Positions 40,941 to 54,239 of a stretch of 64,000 bases of DNA are shown here, one piece after another (position 1 is the first letter of the stretch; every line of letters starts with the position of its first letter). The notes under the pieces are model-generated. The model searched no databases and was not told the origin of the DNA. It worked only from the letters and a program-made list of their open reading frames with translations. The stretch spans positions 51,708,001 to 51,772,000 of the forward strand of contig OX597821.1 in the NCBI GenBank assembly GCA_951406725.2, given 5' to 3'. The position numbers and the translations under genes were made by a program. Source of the DNA: Octopus vulgaris (lineage: Eukaryota).

Positions 40941-41536
40941 GATAATTATATATCTATGTTTAAACTATCAAATTGTTAGAGAGTAAAATAACCTTTCTTT
41001 AAAATAACATAGATACTATGTCAATGTGTGCTTTGCCCTGTTCTACTCACACTCCATAATTAATTTTGTCTTTAATGCTATACAGAAAAATCTTCAATTT
41101 AGATATTTTCTAGTTCAGTTTTTTCACTTTTATGGGAAGTCTGGCATGAAATTGTAGTTGCTCCTAATATTTAAATCCCTGGTGATTTTCGTGTTTATTT
41201 ATCTCCGCGTTGGAGAGGGCGATTCATTAAACATTGAAGTAACAGAAAATCTTACGACGAAAAATATAAACATTGGCTAAAATTATTTTTCTACAAAATG
41301 TAAACATCGAACACAAGTTATTGCGAACTAAAATTATCAAATTTATAATTGATGAAAGATTAGATTAAATTTTGCCTAGTTCTCTTTAAAGTGTTGTGTT
41401 GTCCTACAAGTTGATCTTTCGTAACAAAACCATGCCCTGCATTTCTTTAGCTACATCCCTGAAAAAAATACACAGGGCATGTACAGAGTACATCATATTT
41501 CTATATGAAGTGAGCTATTTACTGTATAATATAATA

Positions 41537-41750
41537 TGGGTTTCAAATTTTGGCATAATGCCAGCGACTTCGAAGAGGGGGTAAGTTGATTACATCGACC
41601 CCAATGTTCAACTGGTACTTATTTTAGTCGACCCCGAAAGAATGAAAAGTAAAGTCGACTTCGAAGGAATTTTAACTCACGGGTTAACGACGGGTAAAAT
41701 TCCGCTAAACATTTTCCCGGCGTGCTAACAATGCTACCAGCTCGCCACCT
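41537..41750 (-). mobile_element. SINE family B
   Basis: gattacatcgacccc..aaagtcgac..ccagctcgccacc. Confidence 0.8.
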
Positions 41751-41811
41751 TACTGTAGAATATAATATTCAGGTATAAATTGCATTTCACTTTGTAGAAC
41801 ATATGATAGAT

Positions 41812-42012
41812 CATCATCATCATTGTCCGACCGTGGTCGAGACAATGGAATTTACCATGTTGCGCCAGACTTCACGGTCCATCATAGCATTACGGAGGTC
41901 CTGTTGCTGGATGCCTGTATCCCTGGAGATTACATCAGGGTAGGAGAGTGTGCGCCCTCTGGTGTTGCGAGTAGATGGCTTCCAGAGGAGAAGAGTAGAA
42001 ATTACTTCTTTG
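41812..42012 (-). mobile_element. Short 3' end of an RTE/RTEX-like LINE with (TGA)n tail and 11-bp target-site duplication
   Basis: [43 protein letters not shown]; TSD atatgatagat at 41801-41811 and 42013-42023. Confidence 0.78.
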
Positions 42013-42016
42013 ATAT

Positions 42017-42203
<187 letters not shown>

Positions 42204-42254
42204 GAGAAGGATGCGCTCAGTATGCGACAAGTTTTGATTACGTATGCAATCGTA

Positions 42255-43524
42255 TTAGGTTGGCAAGTAAGTAATTTTGTTTTTCGCAAATAGATTGAGT
42301 TAAGATTTTTATAATGACTTTTGTCAATGTTTTCATTTTTTTCCTTTTGACACTTGATAGCCGTTACTGTTGGCTACTTTAGAAGCAAATTGCACTTAAT
42401 TTTGTTTACAGCTGTTAGTTCAGCGCCAATTTTAACATGGAGTGCAAAAACGAACATTTTCTTCATATTTTGCTTTTTTATTTCCATAAAAGCGAAAAAA
42501 GCTGCTGAGGCTCACAAAGAGATATGCGATGTTTATAGTGTTGATTGCTTTAACGGAACGTACATGTAAGAAATGGTTTTAAAAATTCGGTTCTGGAGAT
42601 TTTTCAACGTTCTGGTCGACCTACTGAAGTTGATGATGACCGCATCAAAGCCATAATTGAATTTGATTATCATATAACTGAGCGAGAGATTGCAGAGAGG
42701 GTAAATGTATTACATACAACAATTGAAAATCACTCAAAATATCTTGGACTCGTTAAGAAGCTTATGTTTGAGTTCCATATAAATTGAAAGAGATTCACTT
42801 AATGCAACGAATCAATATTTGCGATAGACATCTCAAATGCAATGAAATCGGCCTTTCTTTTTAAACGAATCATCACTGGTGAGGAAAAATAGATTGTCTA
42901 CAATAACATCATTCGGAAACGTTCATGGTCTAAGCGTAATGAACCAGCACGAACCACATCGAAAACTGAATTGCATCAGAAAATGGCCATGTTGTCAATT
43001 TGGTGGAATTACAAAGGTGTTGTATATTTTGAGCTGCTTCCAAGGAACCAAACGATCAATGCATATGTTTACTGTCAACAACTAATGAGACTGGAGTAAG
43101 CAATCAAAGAAAAACGGCCAGAGTTGGTAAATCGTAAAGGAATCGTGTTCCACCATGACAACGTTAGACCACACACATCTTTGCTAACTCGTGAAAAATT
43201 ACTAGAGCTTGGGAAGTGATGTCACATTTACCATATAGCCCAGACCTTGTACTATCAGATTATCATTTATTTCGAAGTTTGCAAAATTCTTTGAATGGTA
43301 AAACTTTCCATAATGATAATGTCTTAAAATCGCAGTTGCTTCAGTTTGGGGCTGATAAGGACCAGAAGTTCTATGAGCGCGGAATCATGAAGTTTCTAGA
43401 ATGATGGCAAAAAGGTTATCGAACAAAATGGAAAATATATAACCGATTAACGTTTACTCTTTGTAAGGAAAAAAAATGACTTATTTCACATAAAAATACC
43501 ATAATTACTTTCTTGCTAACCCAA
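42255..43524 (+). mobile_element. Near full-length (1270 bp) inactive mariner transposon
   Basis: TA TSDs; TIRs ttaggttggcaagtaagtaatt / aattactttcttgctaacccaa. Pseudogenised transposase 42437-43450 with IITGEEK, HHDNVRPH, PYSPDLVLSDYHLFRSLQN; multiple stops and frameshifts. Confidence 0.92.
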
Positions 43525-44179
43525 TATATGTTGCATCCAGGAATTACATTTAAACTGTAGCATCATTAAATTAGCGAATACCTAAAGTAGAAATAACGTT
43601 TTAGTTTCGATTTCACTGTTTTTTTTTTTTTTTATAGACATTTCTCTTTCTCCATTTTCATTTTCAATGTTGAAGATAATTAACTTTAATATTAATACTA
43701 AAATATTATAAAAATATAATTGAATTCACATTGGGATTCTTAATATATTACATAATGAAATACATATTTTGATTATTAATAATTAACTAGCTCGCGTGTA
43801 CTAATAGTCCTTTTCGTTGGGTGAATATAATTATGTAGACAAATCTGTACATGTATATGTGTGTGTGTATGTGTGCGTGTGTGTGCTAGTGTGCGCGTGT
43901 ATATACATATATATCCTTATACGTATTCATATGTATGTATGTACCTACCTATCTATCTGTATGTGTGTGTGTGTGTATGTATATATATGGATGGATGGAT
44001 GTACGTACGTGCGTGTGTATGTGTGTGTGTGTGTGTGTTTGCATGTATGTGTAATGCAAAAGATTGGAAGTGTACTGGATGGTGTTTCAAAGCATCGGGG
44101 ACCCATTGCGTTGTCAAGTGAGGTAAATCATCAGTCTCTGATAATAGCTTGATTAATTCTGTATTCAGATATCTTTGAG

Positions 44180-44940
44180 TAAAGTGTCATTGAAATATCA
44201 TAAGAAGCCTTCGTTATGATTCAAAACATCATAAAATGTCTAAAACTGAGACGTTGCGTTACAAGATTTATGCAAAGCTTGAAAGGAGATGATAATAATA
44301 AACATCAAGAGTTGAGTGAAAATAATGATTGAAGTTATGATTGAGCAAATGAATAAAATGTATTTGATCATTTCATCTATCAACTGAAGTAACTTTTACA
44401 ATAGTTGGAACTGTTAGCAGACACAATAGTGTTTACTCTGCAACTGAAAAATCAATTGAATATAACAACCAAGAAAGTATCTTTTCTGTGTGTTTATTGT
44501 GTGGGCAGAAATTGATTGTGGAAACCTGATCGCACGTTTCTTTTTTTTTTTTTCTTACGATCCAGCCAGTGGATAATGTTTGTTAAATATACATAACTTT
44601 TTTTTTTCTTTTTGAGTGGCATTTTAATACCTGTCGGAAATTGACTTAGTCAAAATATCGCTAAAACGTGATTTGGTAATCGAGGACGAGAACTAAAATA
44701 ACCAGTAAGGTTTACGGGTCTTCTTGCTTCAGATTTATTTCTTTGGCTCTGCCTTCACAACACAGCTTACAATGATCATCGTAGCAACCATTTTTAGATT
44801 TGAGAGAAAACAATTAACTCTGAAACACAGTATGTAATATTAAATTTTATAAGACATGCTTTCTTTGCAAGAGAGAACAAAAATTTGATAGAATGGAATC
44901 GTATATTGCTGCCAGTGATAAACGTTTTGAAAATAAGCAT
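44180..44940 (+). mobile_element. Very old Tc1/mariner-superfamily remnant
   Basis: Residual TFTIVGTVSRHNSVY, DLFLW and MESYIAASDKRFEN resemble FSDE..F...G.VNRHN / DFFLWG / C-terminal G.HFE motifs. No TIRs identified. Confidence 0.4.
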
Positions 44941-45287
44941 TAATTTTATGTATATACATATAATCTGGAAAATAATTTTTCATAGTAACTATTAGTAATT
45001 TTTTTTAAAGCTATAACAAATATTTTATTTTGTAAAGTAATTAAAAGCACAGTCAGTGTATGTGCATGTATAATGTATATACGCGTAAGTATACTCACAT
45101 GCGCACACTCGCATACACACACACACAAACACACACACACACGAACACACACACACACAAGGTGTGCTTTACTTTACAAAATATATTATCTGCTCTAACT
45201 TTAAAAAATTACCAATAAAATGTTTTATTTTCCAAATAGATGTTTATTCGTAAATCATTTTCAAAATAGCCACTTTTTTATAAGATG

Positions 45288-45289
<2 letters not shown>

Positions 45290-45345
<56 letters not shown>

Positions 45346-45368
45346 TGTATGTATGTATGTATGTATGT

Positions 45369-45447
<79 letters not shown>
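45290..45447. repeat. Compound (TA)n/(TATG)n/(TAGA)n
   Basis: Direct reading. Confidence 0.95.
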
Positions 45448-46070
45448 TCATATTTGATCATAATGTTTATATATATATATATATATAATTCTAAATATAC
45501 TGAACCCAAAGTTGATTGTTTGAAAATTACTCATTCTGTCGTTAGCTTGAAACATTACGATTTACGACTGTTCTGGGTATCCCGTATTACTGAAAATCTT
45601 AATGTAATGTAATTGTGGCAATGAATATTTGCAGCACGTTTGAAACGTTGTAAGAAGGAAATAAATTAATTTTTTTTTAATACTATTGATTTAAAAAGAG
45701 TCGTTTCTTCTTTCTCTGCCACAATGTGTGTGTTTGTGTGTGTGTGTGCGTGTGTGTGCGTGTGTGTGTGGATTTAATTCACACGTCCTAGCATTTAAAT
45801 GATAAAGAAAATTAAAATGCTAAAATGACTTTTTAATCAATCTGTGTGTGTTTACACGCGTATACATATGTAGATGCATGGCGCAGGACAACAATTTTGA
45901 ACATAATTTCTGATTAGTTTGCTTTTACACTTTATTTAGAATAATAACATTGACATGCTGATTTCAAAACTACGCTCAGTCTTCTTCTATCACGTCAAGT
46001 TTATTTTCTACAGCTTGCTCTCTGAATAAGCACAGTTGTAATGTTGCTCTGTAAGAAATACGGCTGGGTT

Positions 46071-46312
46071 TACTCTTTTACTTGTTTCAGTCATTTGACT
46101 GTGGCCATGCTGGAGCACCGCCTTTAGTCGAGCAAATCGACCCCAGCACTTATTCTTTAGAAGCCTAGTACTTATTCTATCAGTCTCTTTTGCCGAACCG
46201 CTAAGTTACGGGGACGTAAACACCCCAGCATCGGTTGTCAAGCGATGTTGGGGGACAAACACAGACACACAAACACATACACACACACACACACATACAC
46301 ACACACACACAT

Positions 46313-46346
<34 letters not shown>

Positions 46347-46347
46347 T

Positions 46348-46391
<44 letters not shown>

Positions 46392-46576
46392 CATATATAT
46401 ACATATATACATACGATGAGCTTCTTTCATTTTCCGTCAACCAAATCCACTCACAAGGCTTTGGTCGGCCTGAAGTTATAGTAGAAGACACTTACCCAAG
46501 GTGCCACGCAGTGGGAATTAACCCGGAACCAGGTGGTTGGTAAGCAAGCTACTTACCACACAGCCACTCCTACGCC
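46071..46576 (-). mobile_element. SINE family A, full length
   Basis: Near reverse complement of 47905-48344. Confidence 0.9.
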
Positions 46577-46613
46577 TAGGATTGTTCAGCTGCTTTTATT
46601 ACTTTGTTGAGAA

Positions 46614-48073
46614 CACTGGGCCAACATTTTCGAAAAACACTTTTAATTGTCTTCCTTTTTTACTTTTTATAATTAGTCCTACCTAATTTGATGGTGCTGG
46701 GTTCAGAAATTTTCTATCATGTGAAGTGCGTGACGATTTTTCAATTTTGCCATTAAATGCAATACTGAAATCAGAAACTAACACAAATCCAAATAGCAGT
46801 TTCTATTGCTTAACAAATATATTACGCAAAATGTTTAATTACACATCTTGGGATAGATATTTCTGTCAAACTGAAATTTCAGCTACTAAACGAGCGAAGT
46901 TTCTTTTTGCTGCTTTGCATGAATAACTAGCCCCAGTAAAGTCTCTTGGGAGAGACCAGCATTAGTCAGCCACCATGCTTGTGCTCCACCTGCCTTGATA
47001 CCTAGTCTCCATGGTCTTAATGTCTTCGTGGAATCTTTCTCCCCGCTCATCACTTACTGCACTGTGATTTTCAAGAAAGTAGTCCACAGGATTCTACAGG
47101 AAATGTACTTTTACATCCATGGTCTCCAAAAACTGCTCATCCTACAATAGTCACCTAATCTGTGGCTCGTCAAACACACCAACCTTAATCTTTTCCTGAC
47201 ACAAAGCTGAAAACTTTCTGCTTAAGTATTTGAAACTGTTACTGTCTCAGTGTTTCAACACATATTTTACACAATATAAGGCATGCCCACACTTTGTCTT
47301 GGTCACCCAGTTTCATGCCAAAGTAAGATAAGCTTTCTTCACAAAATCTGTGATTTTGTTTCGCTGCTTGGGTAAAGTGTAACATCCACAATTATAGCAA
47401 TAGACATTTATGAAGTAAGCAAATACAGATTTGGGATGGCAAAGTTCTGTAAAGAACATACATACCATGAAGTTTTTTCTCCAGTTCTTTGGTTATGCTT
47501 GACAAAGAGTGATAAAAAGTGACGTCGCATTCAAAATACAAATTTTCATACGAAATAGTTCAAGGTTCAATCAATCATGTCTCATCCGGTTTGCAATGAT
47601 AGTCACACTAAATCAAGCAATATGTGGGCATATCTTACAGTTTCATAAATATGAGACATGTATGATGTCAAGGACCACAGAAATGTGTTGTTTGTTAACA
47701 TCTAATTGTATAAAGGACATTTCTGTCATCATCATGACATTTGAAACTGGTTAGATTGAAAAGTAAGTTGCTCAAGTCTGATGCTTTTTATTTACTGATG
47801 ATGCTGAAATCAAATATTTTATTTTTACTTTTGTTGTTGCGTTTACTTTAAATGATATTGAAAATCTGTTTTTCAAAATTATGTGAAGCTCCAAAATTAT
47901 GTGAAGGAGTGGATGTGTGGTAAGTAGTTTGCTTACTAAACCACATGATTCCGGGTTCAGTCCCACTGCGTGGCACCTTGGGCAAGTGTCTTCTACTATA
48001 GCCTCGGACTGACCAAAGCCTTGTGAGTGGATTTGGTAGACGGAAACTGAAAGAAACCCGTCGAATATATGTG

Positions 48074-48108
<35 letters not shown>

Positions 48109-48535
48109 ATGTATGTGCGTGTATATGTTTTTGTTCTGTGATCGTCCCTCAACATCTGTTGACAACCGATGCTGGTGTGTTTACGTCCCCGAAACTTAGC
48201 GGTTCGGCAAAAGAGACCGATAGAATAAGTACTAGGCTTCCAAAAAATAAGTCCTGGGGCCGATTTGCTCGACTAAAGGCGGTGCTCCAGCATGGCCGCA
48301 GTTAAATGACTGAAACAAGTAAAAGAGTAAAGAGAGTAAAAGAGTATATGTACCTACATTTGATGAAGCCAAATCTATCATTAGAAGTGGTGAAAATATT
48401 AGAAATTCTGAAAAATGAACTTATGACTCTTGACTTGGTAGAACAAGATGGATCTTATTTTTTTAAATCAGCACCCCATAACTACCAGGAAACATGTCTC
48501 TAACACCAGACAACAAGAAATATATTCCTTCAGTG
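46614..48535 (-). mobile_element. Internally deleted Chapaev3-like DNA transposon, interrupted by a SINE
   Basis: Termini CACTG (46614) and CAGTG (48535), flanks gaa/taa. Minus-strand remnants YCYNCG.YT..KQR.KITDFVKKAY..YFGMKLGDQDKVWA, FKYLSRKF..KIKVGVFDEPQIR and AVSDERGERFHEDIKTMETRYQGRWSTSMVAD*CW match recalled Chapaev3 transposase motifs. Confidence 0.78.
47905..48344 (+). mobile_element. SINE family A nested in the Chapaev3-like element
   Basis: Head, core, microsatellite and (gtaaaaga)-type tail all present. Confidence 0.9.
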
Positions 48536-49256
48536 TAATTAAGGAGAAAATGAACATAAGATAAGGTGGTAACAATTTATTAAAAACAGGCATGTTATAA
48601 GGATTTTGAACTAACATCTAATTAACTTATTTAAAACGTCTTTTTTTGTCCACATTCTCCTATCAAGTTGTAGGAAAAATTACTTGGTCAAAACAAATGC
48701 TGAAATTTTGTGTCCTGTGAAGAGAAACATTTATTTCTTTCATATTTCTTTGGTTGTGTATAGACCCAAATCCACAGCATTTACTGTCAACACAGCTGTC
48801 ATGGTCCTGTAGTTAATACATTCGACTCGTAGTCACGTTCTTTTAAATTCAATCTTACAGCAGGGTACCTTGAGCAAGTCTTTAATCACATCCCAGGGTC
48901 GAACAAAAAACCTTTGACAAAATTATGGAGACAAAATCTGTGTGAGGCCTCGTAGGATGATCTCTTTCTGTTCTTATATGATAGACTCAATCTAGCTCCG
49001 GGTTTATTACTCCAAATCCTGTTCCTTGGATGCTTCCAGAGGAACACTTCTTGTAAACATTTTGTTCAAATATCTGATCTGATGGTAGTATTCTCTATTC
49101 CTTCCACTACTTTTAAAGGTCTTGAAAAGTATTTTAATCGCTGCTTTCTTTCTCCGATTTGGCTATAATGATGCGGATTAAAATGATCCCTATATATAAC
49201 TTATGTATTTGTTTTAATTCAATTTTAAATTCAATTAATTCACTTCCTTTTTTCAG

Positions 49257-49361
49257 ATGAAAGATTTATCCAGTGACTATATTGTTCGATTTATCGGAAG
49301 CTGTATCGACCCACCAAATATGTGTTTATTAACAGAATATTGTCCCAAGGGAAGTTTACAG
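49257..49361 (+). CDS. Next coding exon (105 nt, phase 0-0) of the same receptor guanylyl cyclase-like gene, kinase-homology domain subdomains IV-V
   Basis: Acceptor cttccttttttcag, donor GTAACG at 49362. Translates [35 protein letters not shown], resembling recalled NPR1 [35 protein letters not shown]; joins in frame to the 8629-8706 exon. Not in the ORF track because it is short. Confidence 0.93.
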
Positions 49362-49632
49362 GTAACGTTAATATATTTCTTGTAACTTATAATTTTTAAC
49401 TTATAATGTTTGAAAAAGGTTAGATTACTCAGTGATATTAGATTTCTTGCCGACCCGCTTCTGAATTCTTCTGTGAATAATTTCAGCATTTTACGTAGAC
49501 AAATGTACATTACTGTACATTTTCTTCGCGATTCTATAGTGAAGTTAATGCTTTGTTGATAACGTTATAATACACCCGCGAACTTATTCTATTGTGCCCG
49601 CAGACTGATATACTCATATGTATATACTGATA

Positions 49633-49863
49633 TACTCTTTTACTTCAGTCATGTGACAGTAGCCATGCTCGAGCACCGCCTTTAGTCTAGCAAATCGACC
49701 CCAGGACTTATTCTTTAGAAGCCTAGTACTTATTGTATCGGTCTCTTTTGCCGAACCGCTAAGTTACGGGGACGTAAACACACCAGCATCGGTTGTCAAG
49801 TGATGTTGAGGGGACAAACACAGACACACAAACATATACACACACACATACATATATACATAT

Positions 49864-49900
<37 letters not shown>

Positions 49901-50211
49901 GCCGCAGGTGTGGCTGTGTGGTAAGAAGCTTGCTTCCCAACCACATGGTTCCGGGTTCAGACCCATTGCGTGGCGTCTTGGGCTAGTGTCTTCTACTATA
50001 GCCACAGGCCGACCAAAGCTTTGTGAGTGGATTTAGTAGGCGGAAACTGAAAGAAGCCCGTTGTATATATATATATATATTTGTGTGTATTTGTAATTGT
50101 CCCTTCCCCATCATTTGACAACAGATGCTATTGTGCTTATATCCCCGTAACTTAGCACTTTGGCAAAAGAGACCAATAGAATAAGTACTAGGGTTACAAA
50201 GAATAAGTCTT
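49633..50211. mobile_element. Two SINE A copies back to back (3' half on -, 49633-49830; near-full copy on +, 49899-50211)
   Basis: Both match family A; their 3' halves are mutual reverse complements. Confidence 0.85.
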
Positions 50212-50247
50212 GAGAGAAAGAGAGAGTGAGTGAGTGAGTGAGTGAGT

Positions 50248-50897
50248 GAGTATGGCCTAGTGGTTAAAGTGTTGCATTCTCGATCGCAAGATCGTAGTTT
50301 CAATCCCTGGACTGGATGGTGCGCTTTTGAGAAAAATACTTCATCATAGGTAGCTCTACCATGACTTCGACACTTAATGTGTGGTATTCTGTGGACCTGT
50401 TTCAGCTAATGTCGACTTGATGGAGGAAGTACAGCATATACAATTGGGCATCGATCAAAAAATCAGTTGTGCATATGATGGTAGTCTACGAGGGACTACC
50501 ACCATATGTATTTATATATATAATTTATAAATATGTGCACATACATGTGTGTGCGTTTGTGTGTGTATGAAATTTCATGGTTCAATGGTTAGAACGTCGG
50601 GCTCATAATCATGAGGTAGTGTGTTCGATTCCCGGACCGGGCAATGTGTTGTATTCTTTAGCAAGACACTTAATTTCACGTTGCTCCAATTCACTCATCT
50701 GAGAAATGATTTGCGACGTCACTGGTGTCATGCTGTATCGGCCCCTTTGCCTTTCCCTTGGATAACATCGGTGACGTGGGGAGGGGAGGCTGGTATGCAT
50801 GGGCGACGGCTTGGCTTCCATAAACAACCTTACTCCGGCTTGTGCCTCGGAAGGGAACTTTCTAAGTGTAATCCCTTGGTCAATCGTGACCGAAGAG
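50248..50897 (+). mobile_element. Two C-head SINEs with different tails (50248-50490; 50575-50897)
   Basis: tggcctagtggtta / gttcgattcccggaccgggc heads; the tail of the first resembles 59254-59538 and 27528-27785 (-). Confidence 0.7.
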
Positions 50898-51275
50898 TTT
50901 GTTTATATATGTATATATATATATGTATATATATATATGTATATATATATATGTATATATTCACAAACACACACACGTTATGTATATGTACGTATTTACA
51001 ACTGTTATATATAATATATAAATACACACACACGGACGCATGCACACATACACATACACACACTCATATTGGTGGCATTATTTTAAAAACAATTTTCAAA
51101 ATAACAATTGAGCATTCGCTTTTGGTTATGACTGTATGGTAGTTGAGTCAAATGTTTTGTGAAGATCAAGTTGATTATAACATGTAGTCTTGGTTTGTTG
51201 AACACTTTAGCTTGTCGTAGAGAAAAGGTTTCTTTTGTGTTATGGGGTTGAGGTATACGTAACGAGTATTACGTA

Positions 51276-51536
51276 AACAGAATAATAAATGCGCCCTTTT
51301 AAAGCCTAGCCAGGCTCATGGGCCCGGGTTCCCGGTTTCAATGGTGTACGTGTTCCCCAGCTGGACGGGACGCCAGTCCATCGCAGCGTTACTCATTTTT
51401 TCCAGCTGAGTGGACTGCAGCAACATGAATTGAAGTGTTTTGCTCTAGAACACAACGCGTCGCTCGATCCAGGAATCGAAACCAGAATCTTATGATCATG
51501 ATGCTGACACCCTAACCGCTAAGCCACGCGCCTCCG
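51276..51536 (-). mobile_element. SINE family C with perfect 14-bp TSD
   Basis: acgagtattacgta at 51262-51275 and 51537-51550. Confidence 0.92.
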
Positions 51537-52478
51537 ACGAGTATTACGTAGTGGTGTTTATATGTGTATGGGCGCGGTGAATATTAGGAACATTGTGCCG
51601 GTGTATGTGGGCGTGAAGGTGATATGTTATGCATGTGCCGGTGTAGTGAGATGTATATGAGGGAGTATGTGTGCTAAGTGTTTGTTTTTTGCTGTTGTAC
51701 ATCGGCGGAGGATATAGAAATAGACGTGTAAAATAGTAAAAACCAATGATTCATGAACGACACCCCTTAAGTGATTTGTTCGGCATCGAGTTAAATACAC
51801 TTCGCTTATCACTATTACCTCAGAAATGCAATGAACAATTGATTGACTGATTGTAAACTTGTAACCAATGACATTCTTGTTCACACATTCGGAAGTAATA
51901 AGACAAGTAAATAAATAAACAAATTAATAAATAAAGAAAGAAGTAAATAAATAAATAAATGTAAGCTGAGGGAACCTTTATTAATAATAAAGTTCTACCA
52001 CTAATTACAATGTTGAACCATACCAACATTTCATTACCTATATATAAAGCTGTAATTCTCATTAGAATCACTGCTTCCCTGTTTAGCTCGTGTATACACA
52101 TGTTTCTTCATACTGGAGTATCTCATCAGTTGCCAAGTTTATTCTTCCTTTTGATGCTTACAAGTGTTACACCTGTGACCTCGTTAACAAACCACATATA
52201 ATGCATTTTGTAAAACTCTTCAAGCGACCAGGAAACTGTATCCAAAGCAATGTTTGTCTTATAATTCAATTTCCATAACTTAAAACTGTAAATTAATTTT
52301 AAGAAAGATCAAAGCTTATTTATATATTAAGTTAATTATGTCTAACACGAATATGAATGAAGTTATAGATTTCTAAATAGCAGTTTAAGAACAAAACTAA
52401 ATGGAGCACATTGATTCGGTTCGAACAATGTCTCTTTTTGCTAACTGGATAAAACTGTCACATTTTCCCTGAGGTGCC

Positions 52479-52481
<3 letters not shown>

Positions 52482-52541
<60 letters not shown>

Positions 52542-52610
52542 ATCTATCTTCTATCTATCTGTCTATCTGTCTATATATCTATCTATCTATCTACACATAT
52601 ATATATATTG

Positions 52611-52641
<31 letters not shown>

Positions 52642-52752
52642 ATGTATGTATGTACGTACGTATGTATGTATGTATGCATGTATGTATGTATGTATGTATG
52701 TATGTATGTATGTATGTATGTATGTATGTATGTATGTATGTATGTATGTATG
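52482..52752. repeat. Compound (CT)n/(CTAT)n/(TA)n/(TATG)n
   Basis: Direct reading. Confidence 0.93.
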
Positions 52753-53814
52753 TGTGCATGTATATATTTCAGATATAAATGCCAGCACGTTTAAACAAGA
52801 TATGCGACTATATTCTTTCTTTCATATTGTTATACAAAAATGCCCAATGTTAAATATTGTCCAAATATTCATAATTTTCACAGCTAATTTACGATTTAAG
52901 ATCCATTAAGGATTAATGAAATTTTGGGTGGATATATCTGATTTCTTCAGTAAAATGATTAATATATGATAATTTTGCTGGAAATTAATTACAAAAACCC
53001 TGTGTTTTAGAGAAGACTAAACAAGATATTTCATATCTATGAAATAAGCTAGCTTAAATTAGGCAAAATTATTTCATCCGACAACTGAAATAAGATACCA
53101 TTTTCAACCTATATCTGATATTGTTAACTTTAGCGGGAGGACACATATTTTCGCTGGAAAAATATTATAGTTGATTGGAATTGACCCCAGTACATGACTG
53201 GTGCTGTGAAACAAACCCCAGCAAGGCTTGAGCTCAGAATACTTACGGACATAACTACACACAAAACATTTTGTTCGGCACTTTGTCTATGTTGCCAACC
53301 ACCGTCTTCGAAACGAAACGACAATTATATGAGAGGATATGATTAATTATCGATTTGAGTGGGAACAAATATCTGTTAAGGATCAATTTATGGATTAATT
53401 GATCTGTTTTTTTTTAATATCAGGATATCATGTTCATATTCTAATTAAAACATTGTCCTTGTGATTAAAAGCAATTAGGTTTGTATAGATACATAACACT
53501 ATAAATGTTGTATAAATATTTGAAGTTCATTTGGAATTGTTCTCTAAATAAGGTCAGAAATTAATTAAAAGCGGTCATATAAGAGAGATCATTCAATAAT
53601 GATTTGACACATAAAAAGTTTCTTTCCTCTCGGAAAATGGTCGATCTTGAGGCATCAGATTAATTTCCTGCTCATAGCATGCAAAGATTTCCCAGCCCAG
53701 GAACGTCACAGCATAACTCCATCCATCTATCCATCCATCTTCTTTGCTCTCTATTTCTAGGAGGTTCGTGCAAGTAGAGTCCTCCTGTACCTCCTCCATA
53801 TGGTTCAATCAGAA

Positions 53815-54075
53815 GTAGCTTATGGTCATGAATTTTGGGCAATGACCGAAAGAGTACGATTGCAAATACAAGTGGCCAAAATAAGGTACCTTCAAAGTAG
53901 CTCTAGTGTAACGTTACTCAGCAGGTTGTATAACTTGAAGATCAGAAAGTCCCTCCAGATCAAGCCGCTACTTCTTTGCATTGAGAGGTCACAGCTCATG
54001 TGCTACAGACATCTGATTAGAATGTTGCAGAGAAGAATCACAAGATGAATTCTTTAGGCCAAGCCAAATGATAGA
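53815..54075 (+). mobile_element. RTE-clade LINE C-terminal fragment
   Basis: YGHEFWAMTERVRLQIQVAKIRYL..IRKSLQIKPLLLCIERSQL..HLIRM. Confidence 0.75.
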
Positions 54076-54239
54076 AAACTGTCAGGAGTCCACTGACTCG
54101 GTGCAAGTGACAAATCTCTTTGAGGCATATATATTCTGTTTCAATGAGTCTTTGTTTTCTAAATTAATGGGAATGGGATCTTTATAGGAATGCTCCGCCT
54201 TTCACTGGATAGAAATAGGAAAAAAATATCTATTTAACT

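Noticed and set aside
48380-48470. EILKNELMTLDL resembling the next exon (DILENESITLDW)
   Set aside because: Lies upstream of the exon it should follow, inside the Chapaev3-like subterminal region, without fitting splice sites.
53421-53445. Acceptor-like cag|GATATC as start of the next exon
   Set aside because: In-frame stop after six codons.
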